From assembly GCA_016184305.1 (NCBI GenBank), contig JACPCX010000116.1, positions 1 to 42,405 on the forward strand: 42,405 bases of DNA, given 5' to 3'. The translations under genes were made by a program, and so were the position numbers. Shown here piece after piece: positions 24,910 to 35,189 of the stretch (positions are counted from its first letter, which is position 1; each line of letters starts with the position of its first letter). This DNA comes from Candidatus Rokuibacteriota bacterium. Lineage in GTDB: Bacteria > Methylomirabilota > Methylomirabilia > Rokubacteriales > CSP1-6. The notes under the pieces were generated by a model. That model ran no database searches and had not been told where the DNA came from. It worked only from the letters and a program-made list of their open reading frames with translations.

Positions 24910-26355
24910 ATGGGCAAGGTCACGGGGTTCCTCGAGTTCAAGCGCGACACGCAGGCGTACCGCCCCGTCGCCGAGCGGGTGCGCGACTTCAAGCAGGTCC
25001 TGCTGCCCTTCCCCGCGGACGCGCTCCGCAAGCAGGGCGCGCGCTGCATGGACTGCGGCATCCCCTTCTGCCATCAGGGCTGCCCGCTGGGCAACCTCAT
25101 CCCCGACTGGAACGACCTCGTCTACCGCGACCGGTGGAAGGAGGCCAGCGAGCGCCTCCACGCCACCAACAACTTCCCGGAGCTCACCGGCACCCTCTGC
25201 CCCGCTCCGTGCGAGGGTTCCTGCGTGCTCGGCATCAACGACGACCCGGTGACCATCAAGGCCATCGAGCTCGCCATCGTGGACCGCGCGTGGGAAGAGG
25301 GCTGGATCAAGCCCGAGCCGCCCGTCGTGAAGACGGGCAAGACCGTCGCCGTCGTGGGATCGGGCCCCGCGGGGCTTGCCGCGGCCCAGCAGCTCGCCCG
25401 CGCGGGGCATGCCGTCACCGTCTTCGAGCGCGACGACCGGCCCGGGGGCCTCCTCCGCTACGGTATCCCCGAGTTCAAGATGGAGAAGCGCGTGCTGGAC
25501 CGGCGGATCCGCCAGATGGCGGCCGAGGGCGTGACCTTCGTCACGGGCGCGCATGTGGGCGTGACCGTGGAGGTGGCGCGGCTCCGCGCCGACTTCGACG
25601 CGCTGGTGCTGACAGGTGGCGCGACCGCCCCGCGCGACCTGCCCATCCCCGGCCGGGAGCACGCGGGCATTCACTTCGCCATGGAGTACCTCACGCTCCA
25701 GAACCGGCGCTGCCAGGGCGAGGCGGTTTCCGACGAGCGCTTCATCACGGCGCGCGGCAAGCGCGTGGTCATCATGGGCGGCGGCGACACCGGCGCCGAC
25801 TGCCTCGGCACCGCCCACCGCCAGGGCGCGCGCTCCGTCCACCAGCTCGAGATCCTCCCGCGCCCGCCGGAGAACCGCGCGCCAGACAACCCGTGGCCGC
25901 AGTGGCCCAACACCTACCGCGTCTCCTCGGCGCATGCCGAGGGCGGCGAGCGCGTCTACTCCGTGTCCACCAGGCGCTTCCTCGGCGATGCCCATGGTCG
26001 CGTCAGCGCCCTCGAGGCCGTCGAGGTCGAGCTGGTCCGCGAGCACGGGCGCATGGCCTTCACGGAGAAGCCCGGCGCCGAGCTCACGCTGCCCTGCGAG
26101 CTGGTGCTCCTGGCCATGGGCTTCGTGGGCCCCGAGCGCCCCGGCATGCTGGAGGCTCTCGGCGTCCGCCTCACCGAGCGCGGCACCGTGTGGCGCGACG
26201 CGCAGTGGATGACCAGCGTGCCCGGCGTCTTCACGGCGGGCGACATGCAGCGGGGCCAGTCGCTGATCGTCTGGGCCATCGCCGAGGGGCGCAGCGCCGC
26301 CCGCGGCGTGGACGGCTATCTGATGGGCCGCTCCGACCTCCCCGCCCCTCTCTAG
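24910..26355 (+). CDS. gltD: Glutamate synthase small subunit
   Basis: [54 protein letters not shown]. Confidence 0.97.
   Translation: MGKVTGFLEFKRDTQAYRPVAERVRDFKQVLLPFPADALRKQGARCMDCGIPFCHQGCPLGNLIPDWNDLVYRDRWKEASERLHATNNFPELTGTLCPAPCEGSCVLGINDDPVTIKAIELAIVDRAWEEGWIKPEPPVVKTGKTVAVVGSGPAGLAAAQQLARAGHAVTVFERDDRPGGLLRYGIPEFKMEKRVLDRRIRQMAAEGVTFVTGAHVGVTVEVARLRADFDALVLTGGATAPRDLPIPGREHAGIHFAMEYLTLQNRRCQGEAVSDERFITARGKRVVIMGGGDTGADCLGTAHRQGARSVHQLEILPRPPENRAPDNPWPQWPNTYRVSSAHAEGGERVYSVSTRRFLGDAHGRVSALEAVEVELVREHGRMAFTEKPGAELTLPCELVLLAMGFVGPERPGMLEALGVRLTERGTVWRDAQWMTSVPGVFTAGDMQRGQSLIVWAIAEGRSAARGVDGYLMGRSDLPAPL
26320..26352 (+). repeat. 33-bp direct repeat, copy 1 (gltD 3' end)
   Basis: CTGATGGGCCGCTCCGACCTCCCCGCCCCTCTC, identical to 35216-35248. 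Confidence 0.97.
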
Positions 26356-26380
26356 GGGTCAGGTCTTGCAATCCAGCACG
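26355..26380 (+). repeat. Outer left end (A-type)
   Basis: GGGGTCAGGTCTTGCAATCCAGCACG, identical to 34214-34239. Confidence 0.95.
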
Positions 26381-26441
26381 CCCGCCACGCGCCGCGATCC
26401 CCGACGGCGCCCGGCGGACCCGCCGGACGTCGCCCACGGGG

Positions 26442-28760
26442 CTACAGCCGGTGATGCGCGGTGCTCGCCATGTTCGTGAACCAGAAGTAGGGGAACCAGT
26501 TGGTCTGCGGCCACGGCACTCCCTTCGCCCCGTAGGCCTGGATCACCGCGTTGGTCTCGTCCATGCAGTTCTTGATGACCACGCTGTAGCCCGAGCCCAC
26601 GAAGGAGTCCGCCTTGGCGCGCGCGGCCTCGTAATCCGGATCCAGCACTGCGATGCGCTTGACCTCGGTGTACTGTGCGTCCTTGGTCCCCGCGCCCCAG
26701 CGCCGGAAGTAGTCCCTCATCGCCTCCTCGGTGAGGAACTTCTCGCTCCAGTGGTACCCGCGGTCGTCCTGCGAGGCGATGTAGGGCGCCATCCCTGTGC
26801 CGTCCACCGCGCCCGCGCGGAAGGTGCCGTCGGCCTGCTGGTAGCCCCAGCCGACATGGCCCGCGACCAGCGGCATGTTGGGACGGAAGAAGGCGTAGGC
26901 GAACCCGAGCCGCCGGCCGACAAGCCACTGCTGGTGCCGGGCCGCCGGCCACCTGCAATCCCAGAGCACCAGCTTCGCGCCGGCCGCCATGCTCTCCTTC
27001 TCGACGTCGAGGCACCGGCCGTTGACCCCCTTGAGGTGTCCGTCGCCGTCCGTCGCCCACCGCTGGTTGGCCCCGCCGGTGCAGTCCCAGAGGACGATGG
27101 CGTCCCCGTTCCGGCCCTGGCCGCCCTGGGCGTCGACGCACTTGCCCTGGGACTTGAGCGCCCCGTCGACGAGCTCGAACCGCTGCTCCGGCTGACCCGT
27201 GCACTCCACCAGCTGCAGCGCGGCGCCGCTGGCGGAGCCCGCCGGTCTCACGCACTTGTTGCTCGCCGCGCCGAGCAGGACGACGCCCTGGCCCCGCGTC
27301 TGCCGCGCGTTCTGGAGCACGGCCTGGGCGGTCTCGCGGCCGGCGAGCTCCACGGTCTTCCGCGCGATGCCGAGGGTATTCCAGTAGTAGTTGCGGACCT
27401 CGGGCTTCCGCAGGTAGGCCGCGATCCCTTCTGCGCCGCCTCCCTCGCGCCCCGCCCGCAGATCGACCAGCGCCGTGCGGTGAGGCGGCTGCCCCTCGTC
27501 CACGAGATAGGAGAGCAGCTCGGGCCGCGAGCGGACCTCGCTGGCGAAGGCCGCCGCCAGCGCCTCCCGGGCCGCCTCCCGCTCCTGCAGCGCGTACTGC
27601 TGGGCGATGCCCAGCGCGCTCCAGTAGTGATCGCGGACCTCGGGCTTCCGCAGATAGGCCGCGATCCCCGCGGCCCCGCCCCCCTCGCGCCCCGCCCGCA
27701 GATCCACCAGGGCCGTGCGGTAGGGCGGCTGGCTCGGGTCCAGCAGGTAGCTCATGAGGCCGGGGAACAGCCTCAGCTCGCGGTCGAACGCCCCCTGCAG
27801 CCCAGCCAGCACCGCGTCGCGCTCGAGGGTGGCGACCCGGCTGCCCACCGCATGAGTCTGCCAGTAGCGCTCCCGCACCTCCTGGCGCGCGAGCCAGCGC
27901 CGGATCCCGCCCGGCCCTCCGCCCTCCTGCCCCGCCCGGAGGTCGGCCAGCGCCGCCTTGAGCGGCGGCCGCCGATCGTCGCGGAGATAGCTCGCCAGCG
28001 CCGGCCAGCGCGTCACCTCCGCCGCGAAGCTCGCCTCCAGCGCCGCGGCGGCCGCCTCCCGCTCGAGTCGCGGGAGATCGGCCACGTCCTGGCGCCCCTG
28101 CGGGTGGGTCTTGAGCCACGTCGCCAGCCCGCTGATGCCCTGCACGGTGCCGCGGTCGGCCTCCCCGCGGGCGAGCTTCCACGTCCGGCTCCCAGGATCC
28201 AGGAGGAAGAGGCCCAGCGACCCCTGTGACTTCAGCTCGGCCTCGAATGCCCTCTGGATGGCCCAGGTCACCGTGAGATCCCGCAGCTGCCCCCGCAGCG
28301 ATGACTCGTCCAGCGCCCCCCGGGCCAGGGCCTCGGCATGCCTCTTGAGCCAGACTTCGTCCGGCATCCACTGCGGGATCTCCGCCCAGCCCTTGAAGAC
28401 GATGCGGCCGTGACGCGGGTACTGCTTGTCGGCCCGGTCGAACAGCCGCACGCTGCCGCGGAATGCGCCGTCGGTGCCAGTCCAGACGCTCCACGGTCCC
28501 CGGAGCCCCACATGGAAGCTGAGCTCGTCCAGAGTGGGCTCTCGCTTGAGGACTTGCTGATAGGTCGCCCGCACGCGCGCGGCGGCCTGCGCGGCCTCGC
28601 CCTGCCGTTGCTCCCGCCGCGCGCATTGCTCGACGCTCTCTCCCTCGCCGCACTGCGCGGAAGGGCGGCGCCCTTCGGTCCGGGGCACCTCCACCGCCAG
28701 CAGCAGCCCCACGGTCAGGACGGCAGCGGCGATCCTGCCAGCCGGTAGCAGACCTGTCAT
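26442..28760 (-). CDS. Secreted protein: signal peptide, three 80-aa repeats, ricin-B lectin domain, C-terminal putative permuted papain-like domain
   Basis: ATG at 28760 after GGAGGA; hydrophobic N-terminus; KCVD..IVLWDCTGGANQRW, RCLDV..LVLWDC..QQW; GHVGWG...Y....KNC. Confidence 0.8.
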   Translation of the reverse strand: MTGLLPAGRIAAAVLTVGLLLAVEVPRTEGRRPSAQCGEGESVEQCARREQRQGEAAQAAARVRATYQQVLKREPTLDELSFHVGLRGPWSVWTGTDGAFRGSVRLFDRADKQYPRHGRIVFKGWAEIPQWMPDEVWLKRHAEALARGALDESSLRGQLRDLTVTWAIQRAFEAELKSQGSLGLFLLDPGSRTWKLARGEADRGTVQGISGLATWLKTHPQGRQDVADLPRLEREAAAAALEASFAAEVTRWPALASYLRDDRRPPLKAALADLRAGQEGGGPGGIRRWLARQEVRERYWQTHAVGSRVATLERDAVLAGLQGAFDRELRLFPGLMSYLLDPSQPPYRTALVDLRAGREGGGAAGIAAYLRKPEVRDHYWSALGIAQQYALQEREAAREALAAAFASEVRSRPELLSYLVDEGQPPHRTALVDLRAGREGGGAEGIAAYLRKPEVRNYYWNTLGIARKTVELAGRETAQAVLQNARQTRGQGVVLLGAASNKCVRPAGSASGAALQLVECTGQPEQRFELVDGALKSQGKCVDAQGGQGRNGDAIVLWDCTGGANQRWATDGDGHLKGVNGRCLDVEKESMAAGAKLVLWDCRWPAARHQQWLVGRRLGFAYAFFRPNMPLVAGHVGWGYQQADGTFRAGAVDGTGMAPYIASQDDRGYHWSEKFLTEEAMRDYFRRWGAGTKDAQYTEVKRIAVLDPDYEAARAKADSFVGSGYSVVIKNCMDETNAVIQAYGAKGVPWPQTNWFPYFWFTNMASTAHHRL

Positions 28761-28788
28761 GACTTCCTCCTCGGCGACCTTCCGCCCG

Positions 28789-30750
28789 TCACTCCGTGCA
28801 CCCCTTCTGCGTGTACCGGGGCAGCCGGAGATCGCATGGCTTCCCCGCGGCGGCTCCCGCTTGCTCGGCACCCGCGGGGGCGACGGCGTCCCTGGGCGCC
28901 GGCGCGCCACTCTCGCGGCGCGCCGCCGGCGGGGGCGCGTCCACCGTCAGCGCAACCGGCCCCGCCGGCGCGCGGAGATCGAGGGTGCCCACCGGCCAGC
29001 GGTGAAGCCCGCTCGACACGTGGACCGTGTAGAGGTGGCCCGCCTCGACCGACCGGAACGAGGCGGCCACGGAGCGCTTGCCGTCCGTCCGTCCGAGCGC
29101 CTCGGGGCCCGTCGTCCTGCCGGCCGGAATCAGCGCCACGCTGTTGATCCACCCCACCGACCCGTCCGAGGGGGCGAAGCGGATGGTGAGCTCCACGGGC
29201 ACCCGCGAGACGGCTCCGGCGGGCGCGGCTGGCAGCGCTGGCGGGCTGGCGACGGCCCCGCCCGCGGAGGCGACCGGCCCCTGGGCGCCCGCCCCGTCGT
29301 GGCGGAGGTAGGTCACGCGATGGGGCTGGCCGTTGTAGACGTACTCGAACACGATGTGGTTGCCGGATTCCAGCCGTCCCGCACCGCGGACGGTGGAGGC
29401 GGAGAGCAGAACCTGGCTCCCGCGCAGCGCCCAGGTGCCCCGGGTGCTCGACTCTTCATAGCTCCCGTCGGCGCGGAGGACGATGGGCGGCGAGTTGCGG
29501 CAGCGCCCGCCGGCCCCCCCCACGTTGAACATCCAGCAGCGATAGGTCCCGGCGACGGAGGCCAGCGCCGAGGCTGGCGGCTGCGGGGTTGCCGCCGGCT
29601 TGCTCGCCTCGGGTTTCGTCGTGGCCGGCCGCTGATCGGCCCCGAGCGGGAACTCCGACGCGGCCGGCACGACGATCTCGCCCGCGGCGCCGCCGCGCAT
29701 GACGGAGAGCCGCGTGCGCTCCCCACGCATGCGGTGAGCCAGCGCGCCGCCCAGCTCCTCCGACGAGCGCAACCCCTGCCCGTTGACCCGGGTGACGACG
29801 TCGCCCGAACGCAACCCCGCGGCGGCAGCGGCACTGCCGGGCAACACCTCACGCACTACCACACCCTCGGTCACGTTCGAGCCCGGCGCCTGCGCCGTCT
29901 CGGCCGTGAGCGGGTCGACCCGGACTCCGAGCCGGCCCCGCTGCGGCGCGAAATCGGCCAGGCTGAGCCCGCTCCCTGCCAGCGGTGCCGCGGCCGGCGA
30001 AGTGGCCACCGGGGCCGCCACGGACGGCGACGTCGCTGCGGGCGCCTGTATCTCGCCCTGGGCCAGCGGCGGCAGCGGGAGCGGCGGCGGCGCGTCAGCG
30101 GCGGGAGCGGGCAGCGGCGCGGCCATGAGCGGCGGCAGCCCGGGGTTCGCAGCCACAGGCTCCGGCATCGGAGCTGAGGCGTCTCGGCCGCTCCGCGCGC
30201 GCGCGGCCTGCGCGCCGCTCCCAGTCACCAGATCGGCGATGGTCTTCACCACGCTCAGCATCGCGCCGAGGCCGTCCTCCGCCTCGGCGGCAGAGGGCGC
30301 GGCGCCAGCGCCGGACCATGCCGCGGGGGCGGGCGCGGGCATGGACGGCGGGCCAGCGGCGGGCGCCGGCAGCGGCGGGGCCTCGGGGGGCGGCGGCGGG
30401 GGCGCCAGGCTCGACGGCGGCGCCGGGAGAGCGGTCAGCCTCGCCGGCTCTCCGGCGCCGCCGCTCCCCGTCGCGACCATCGCCTCGAGCACCCGGTCGG
30501 AGACTCCCGCCTGCTTGAGCGCGATCAGCGCGTCGATCCGCAGGTCGAGCGCCGACGGCGTCGAGCGGAGCTTGGCGATGATCACCGCCTCTGGAAGGCC
30601 AGCCCTGGTCATGGCCACCAGGGACTCGTTGGTGATGACCTCCTGCGCCCCCGCCGGTCCGGAGTGGAGCCCACCCACGAGAACCAGCAGGGGCGCCGCC
30701 AGCACGAGAAGAAGGGTGGGCCTGACTCTGCGCCGCAGTAAGCTCGTCAT
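28789..30750 (-). CDS. Secreted Pro/Ala-rich PDZ-domain protein
   Basis: Signal ending AGA-QE; ITNESLVAMTRAGL..DALIALKQAGVS helical domain; GRLGV..VLPGSAAAAAGLRSGDVVTRVNG PDZ. Confidence 0.75.
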   Translation of the reverse strand: MTSLLRRRVRPTLLLVLAAPLLVLVGGLHSGPAGAQEVITNESLVAMTRAGLPEAVIIAKLRSTPSALDLRIDALIALKQAGVSDRVLEAMVATGSGGAGEPARLTALPAPPSSLAPPPPPPEAPPLPAPAAGPPSMPAPAPAAWSGAGAAPSAAEAEDGLGAMLSVVKTIADLVTGSGAQAARARSGRDASAPMPEPVAANPGLPPLMAAPLPAPAADAPPPLPLPPLAQGEIQAPAATSPSVAAPVATSPAAAPLAGSGLSLADFAPQRGRLGVRVDPLTAETAQAPGSNVTEGVVVREVLPGSAAAAAGLRSGDVVTRVNGQGLRSSEELGGALAHRMRGERTRLSVMRGGAAGEIVVPAASEFPLGADQRPATTKPEASKPAATPQPPASALASVAGTYRCWMFNVGGAGGRCRNSPPIVLRADGSYEESSTRGTWALRGSQVLLSASTVRGAGRLESGNHIVFEYVYNGQPHRVTYLRHDGAGAQGPVASAGGAVASPPALPAAPAGAVSRVPVELTIRFAPSDGSVGWINSVALIPAGRTTGPEALGRTDGKRSVAASFRSVEAGHLYTVHVSSGLHRWPVGTLDLRAPAGPVALTVDAPPPAARRESGAPAPRDAVAPAGAEQAGAAAGKPCDLRLPRYTQKGCTE

Positions 30751-31116
30751 GAGCGATTCCTCCCCGAAGCCTGCGATGACTGCTACCTCGCCCGTCGAGA
30801 ACACGGGGCTCCGGGGCACCCGAGGTGCAACCGGCCTGCCAGGTGACGGCCAGGCCCAAATGGGCTTCAGGATTGACGGAGACTGCGCCGTTGCCGGCGC
30901 TCCCCGCAAGCGGGGTGACAGGTTGGCACGAGTGTGACACGGGCTGCGGCCGCGCGGGCCGCACGGCGGACGGTACAACGGGCTCGCGGCGCGGACTGCG
31001 CGCCGCGGGTTACGGTCCCCAGGGGGTGGGCAAGGCCGGCGACGGCCTCTTCCACATGCTGGCGGAGCAACACAGGCCGATCCGGACCAACCCCGTCGCC
31101 CGCACCAGCGATCCCC

Positions 31117-32412
31117 TCAGTCCAGGTGCTCAGCGCCCGTGACGCCGGAGGGCGTGCGGAGGAAGCTCGCCGCCACGGCGCAGCCCAGCGGCAGCAGGGC
31201 CAGCAAGCGCAGGGTGGCGGCGGCGCTGCCCGCGAGGTCGAAGGCCAGCCCCACGGGCAGCGGGCCCAGCGCGGCTCCGAGGGCGCCGATCATCTGGCCC
31301 ATCCCCTGGATGCTGCCGAGGTGCCGGCGGCCGAAGTAGCGCGGCCACATGTAGCCGAACATCGTCATCGTCGAGGCGTTGTTGATCCCGAAGAGCATGG
31401 CGTAGAGCACGGCCGTGGCGACGTCGTGGACGAGCGTCACGCCGACGAGCGCGGCCCCGGTGACGAGCAGGCCCCCGGCGAAGGCGTGCCGCGTGCGCCC
31501 CCGATCGAAGAGGCGGCCGACGAGGGGCATGGCCAGCACCATCGTCAGCGCCGACACCGGGAACACCCGCGCGGCGATCTCCGCGGCCACCCCCTGCGCT
31601 CCCAGGATGGAGACCTGGTAGAAGTGCAGGGCCGTCGCCATCATCGTCGTGGTGAAAAAGCCGGCCCCGACGATGTAGAAGGCGGGCGTCCCGAGCGCCT
31701 CGCGCAGGGTGAGCCCGGTCAGCCCGGTCGTGGCGTCGCTGTCGGCCCTGGCAACCGCTGTCTCGGGCGGGTCGCCGTCCGGTCGAAGCCCTCTGTCCTC
31801 CGGCCTGTCGTGGACGAGCAGCAGGATCGGCGGCAGCAGCAGCGCCCAGGTGAAGAGGCCGAGCAGCACCCAGGCCCGCCGCCAGCCCAGCGTCTCGACC
31901 AGGTACTGGCCCAGCGGCGGATGTATCGCCATCGAGGCGGCGAAGCCGAGTGCCATGAGGCTCAGGGCGAAGCCGCGGCGGCGACTGAACCACTGCGAGA
32001 CCAGGTTGGTGCAGCCCAGCATCAGCGCGCCCATGCCGAAGCAGCGCAGCGCCGCGAAGCCGGCGGCGAGCCAGACGAGGTTGGCGGCGGCGCCCAGGGC
32101 CAGGCAGGCGGCCCCGAACAGCAACGCCACCACCGCGGTCATTCGGCGGGCCCCGAAACGGTCCAGCAGCCGGCCCATGTACGGCAGGCAGAGGGCCGCC
32201 ACGAGCGTCGCGATGCCGTAGGCCGACCCGATCGCGGCCTTGGACAGGCCGAGGTCCCTGCCGATGGGCCCGATGAAGACGCTGAAGATATGCGACTGGC
32301 CGGCACCGCTGGCGAAGAGGCCGAGGCCGGCCACGGCCACGACAGTCCAGCCGTAGAACCATCGCCTGCTGATCGCGGCGAAGACCGCCGTCCTCACCCC
32401 GCCGTCGGCCAC
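31117..32412 (-). CDS. MFS transporter
   Basis: WFYGWTVV, GRLLDRFGAR (motif A), WFSRRRGFA, RYFGRRHLGSIQG; start approximate. Confidence 0.9.
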   Translation of the reverse strand: MADGGVRTAVFAAISRRWFYGWTVVAVAGLGLFASGAGQSHIFSVFIGPIGRDLGLSKAAIGSAYGIATLVAALCLPYMGRLLDRFGARRMTAVVALLFGAACLALGAAANLVWLAAGFAALRCFGMGALMLGCTNLVSQWFSRRRGFALSLMALGFAASMAIHPPLGQYLVETLGWRRAWVLLGLFTWALLLPPILLLVHDRPEDRGLRPDGDPPETAVARADSDATTGLTGLTLREALGTPAFYIVGAGFFTTTMMATALHFYQVSILGAQGVAAEIAARVFPVSALTMVLAMPLVGRLFDRGRTRHAFAGGLLVTGAALVGVTLVHDVATAVLYAMLFGINNASTMTMFGYMWPRYFGRRHLGSIQGMGQMIGALGAALGPLPVGLAFDLAGSAAATLRLLALLPLGCAVAASFLRTPSGVTGAEHLD

Positions 32413-32581
32413 GTCGCGCTCCCCGGGAAGCCGCCGGGACCAATGGGGATTCCCGCCGGCCAGTCTACCCGCGATCAGCCGCAGGCGAAATGCCGGAGTC
32501 ACGCCCCGCCCGGCCGAGAAGTGTGGCACTCTGGGGGCCATCGCCGGGCGGCCGGCGGAGCCCCCGCGCAAAGGAGGACCC

Positions 32582-33463
32582 ATGGACTTCGGCGCACACA
32601 TCTTCGGCGTGGGACAACTGGCCGAGCCCGAGACGCTGGCGCAGCTCGCGCGCCGGGCCGAGGAGCTGGGCTACCACTCGGTGTTCCTGGCCGATCACAT
32701 CATCGTCCCGCGGCACCTGGCCTCGCCCTACCCGTATTCCCGGGACGGCCGCTTTCCCTATGACCCGGACCTGGACTGGCTCGATCCCATGGTCGCCCTC
32801 GGCTACCTCGCCGCGCACACCACCACGATCCGCCTCGGCACCAGCATCACGGTGCTGCCCATGCGGCATCCGATCGTCACCGCCAAGCAGATCGCCAGCG
32901 CCGACCACCTCTCCCGGGGACGCGTCATCTTCGGGGCCGGCGTGGGCTGGATGGCGGAGGAGTTCGCCCTCCTCGGGGCCTCGTTTCACGACCGCGGACG
33001 GCGCATGGACGAGTACCTGCGGCTCATGAAGGTCCTGTGGACCGAGGAGCACCCCCGCTTCGCGGGCGCGTACTTCCAGGTCGAGGACTGCGGGTTCGCC
33101 CCCAAGCCCACGCAGAAGCCGCATGTGCCGATCTGGGTCGGCGGCGAGAGCCCGGCCGCCATGCGCCGCGCGGCACGGCTGGGGGATGGGTGGCACTCGG
33201 CCGCCACGTCCCTGGCCGACCTCCCCGGGAAGCTGCGCCTCCTCCGCGAGGCGCTGGCCGGGGCCGGACGTAACGAGGCCGCGTTCGTCATCAGCGCCTC
33301 GCCCACGGATCGGCTCACGCTGGACCTCGTCCAGGACTTCGCGGCCCAGGGCGTCCGGCACCTGCTCGCGCCGGTATTCAGCCTCGATCGCGAGAGAGTC
33401 CTGCAGCGCCTGGAGCACATCGCCGCCCACGTCATCGAGCCGTACCGGCGCGGCGACCGATGA
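32582..33463 (+). CDS. LLM-class (F420-dependent type) oxidoreductase
   Basis: AEELGYHSVFLADH, IRLGTSITVLPMRHP, LSRGRVIFGAGVGW, PIWVGG, RAARLGDGW. Confidence 0.92.
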   Translation: MDFGAHIFGVGQLAEPETLAQLARRAEELGYHSVFLADHIIVPRHLASPYPYSRDGRFPYDPDLDWLDPMVALGYLAAHTTTIRLGTSITVLPMRHPIVTAKQIASADHLSRGRVIFGAGVGWMAEEFALLGASFHDRGRRMDEYLRLMKVLWTEEHPRFAGAYFQVEDCGFAPKPTQKPHVPIWVGGESPAAMRRAARLGDGWHSAATSLADLPGKLRLLREALAGAGRNEAAFVISASPTDRLTLDLVQDFAAQGVRHLLAPVFSLDRERVLQRLEHIAAHVIEPYRRGDR

Positions 33464-33494
33464 GCCCCGGGGCGCCGCCGGCCGCGGGTGTCGC

Positions 33495-34025
33495 TCATGC
33501 CCCACGCGAGGCGGCCCGCAGCCGCTCCGCCCGCTCCTCCGCCTGCCGGACGCGCCTGGAGAGCGTCACCAGGAGGTTCTGGGTGAGCCCGGGGACGTCC
33601 TCGAGAAGCCCGGAGAAGTTCCGCCGGCTGATCACGAGGAGGCGGAGCGGGGTGTGCGCGACGACCGTGGCGGACCGCGGCCCGCCATCCAGGAGGCTCA
33701 TCTCGCCGAAGAACTCACCGGGGGGCAGGAGCACGTGCTTGTCCGCGGACACGTCGGCGCGCGCGGTGCCGTCGATGATCAGGAAGAACTCGTCGCCGGG
33801 CTCGCCCGCGCGGGTGATGACCGTGTCGGCCGCGACGTCGAACACGCGTGCGATCCTGGCCACGCTCCGGAGCTGTTTCTGGCTGCACCCCTCGAACAGC
33901 AGGACTTCCTTGAGCCGCTCGATCTTGTCCTCCTGGCGGGCCCCGGGTCCGGAGGCGACGGGTTCGCAGCGCCCCCGGGGGTCATAGGAAATCGAGCCGT
34001 CCATCATCCGGCTGTTCAGCTCCAC
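33495..34025 (-). CDS. Cyclic-nucleotide-binding domain protein
   Basis: GEPGDEFFLIIDG, GEFFGEMSLLDGGPRSATV; start uncertain. Confidence 0.88.
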   Translation of the reverse strand: MELNSRMMDGSISYDPRGRCEPVASGPGARQEDKIERLKEVLLFEGCSQKQLRSVARIARVFDVAADTVITRAGEPGDEFFLIIDGTARADVSADKHVLLPPGEFFGEMSLLDGGPRSATVVAHTPLRLLVISRRNFSGLLEDVPGLTQNLLVTLSRRVRQAEERAERLRAASRGA

Positions 34026-34217
34026 GGGACTCCTCCTCTCCGGTCGCGCCGTCCAGCGACGCCCGGAACCTCAGGGGCCACTACCCCCGGCGCGCTCCCC
34101 AGTCTAGCACTCGACGCCCCGTGCCACCCGCCCGGCGTCCTGGCGTCCCCGACCCCCTCCGCTCCAGTTCCGCCTGAGACTATAGCAACCCCGGCGCCTT
34201 CCATCCGGCGCCCGGGG

Positions 34218-35117
34218 TCAGGTCTTGCAATCCAGCACGGCCGACGTAGTGCTCGGCGCCTCGCCCCGCGACAACGCGCGGCTGACCGTCACATAGTGGA
34301 CGCCGAGAAACGCTGCGACCGCCTTCATCGTGTAGCCGTGGTCGTGGACCGCGCGGACGCAGCGGGCATCGCGGTCATGCTTCGAGTCAACGCCCGCGAA
34401 CACCGTGGCCAGGGGCGGTCGCAGAGCGAACCGCTGCTGCCGTGGAATCTCCGTGAGGGTAGCCGCGCCTCGGACCATATCACATAGGTGCGCCTGGACC
34501 GTCGCGTCGCCCACCTCGAGGCCCCCGTGGAAGCCCTCGACGCCCTCCAACGGCATAGCCGTCTCGCCAAGCCCCGCTTCCACGAACTCGCGGTACCTGC
34601 CCTCGGCCTCCGCGCGCGCGGCCGTGTCGCCGAGGGCTAACACCCAGTCCACCGTCAGGAACGCCGGCACCGCCGCCGAGCCGGCGGTCGACCGGTAGCT
34701 ACTCCAGCGCCAATCGGCCGGATGAGCGACGAGCCCGGCCCGCACCGGGTTAAGCACAATGTAGCGGCAGACGGCGCGCAGGTAGACGTCCTTGTCCACC
34801 ACCTGCGCATGGAAGCGGCCTTCCAGCACGTGCCCGGGGCGGCGGTGGCGGCGGGTGAAACCCTGGCTGTAGACGCCATTGAGCTGCCGCATGGCACGGG
34901 AGAGATTGCCTTCGGGCGTTTCCAGGAGCAGGTGGTAGTGATTGCCCATCAAGCAGTAGGCATGGCAGAGGACGTGATAGCGCGCGACCACGGAGGCGAG
35001 CACGGCCAGCAAGCGCTCATGGTCGGTGTCATCGGCGAAGACGGGCTGGCGCCCGTTCCCACGGGATGTCACGTGATAGAGCGCACCCGGGAACTGTAGG
35101 CGAAGCGGCCGTGCCAT
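34218..35117 (-). CDS. Y1 HUH transposase (RAYT/TnpA-like) with C-terminal HTH
   Basis: YHVTSRGN, YCLMGNHYHLL (HUH), RYIVLNPVRAG (catalytic Tyr), WRWSSY, GYTMKAVAAFLGVHYVTVSR (HTH). Confidence 0.93.
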   Translation of the reverse strand: MARPLRLQFPGALYHVTSRGNGRQPVFADDTDHERLLAVLASVVARYHVLCHAYCLMGNHYHLLLETPEGNLSRAMRQLNGVYSQGFTRRHRRPGHVLEGRFHAQVVDKDVYLRAVCRYIVLNPVRAGLVAHPADWRWSSYRSTAGSAAVPAFLTVDWVLALGDTAARAEAEGRYREFVEAGLGETAMPLEGVEGFHGGLEVGDATVQAHLCDMVRGAATLTEIPRQQRFALRPPLATVFAGVDSKHDRDARCVRAVHDHGYTMKAVAAFLGVHYVTVSRALSRGEAPSTTSAVLDCKT

Positions 35118-35189
35118 GCTCCGACGCTACCGCGGGCGCCACCTCGCACTCAAGACGTAGACGCCGAGATACACCCTGTCAAGGACCGC

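Noticed and set aside
30920..30940. Sigma54-like TGGCAC site
   Set aside because: The -12 TTGC element is absent and no suitably oriented gene follows
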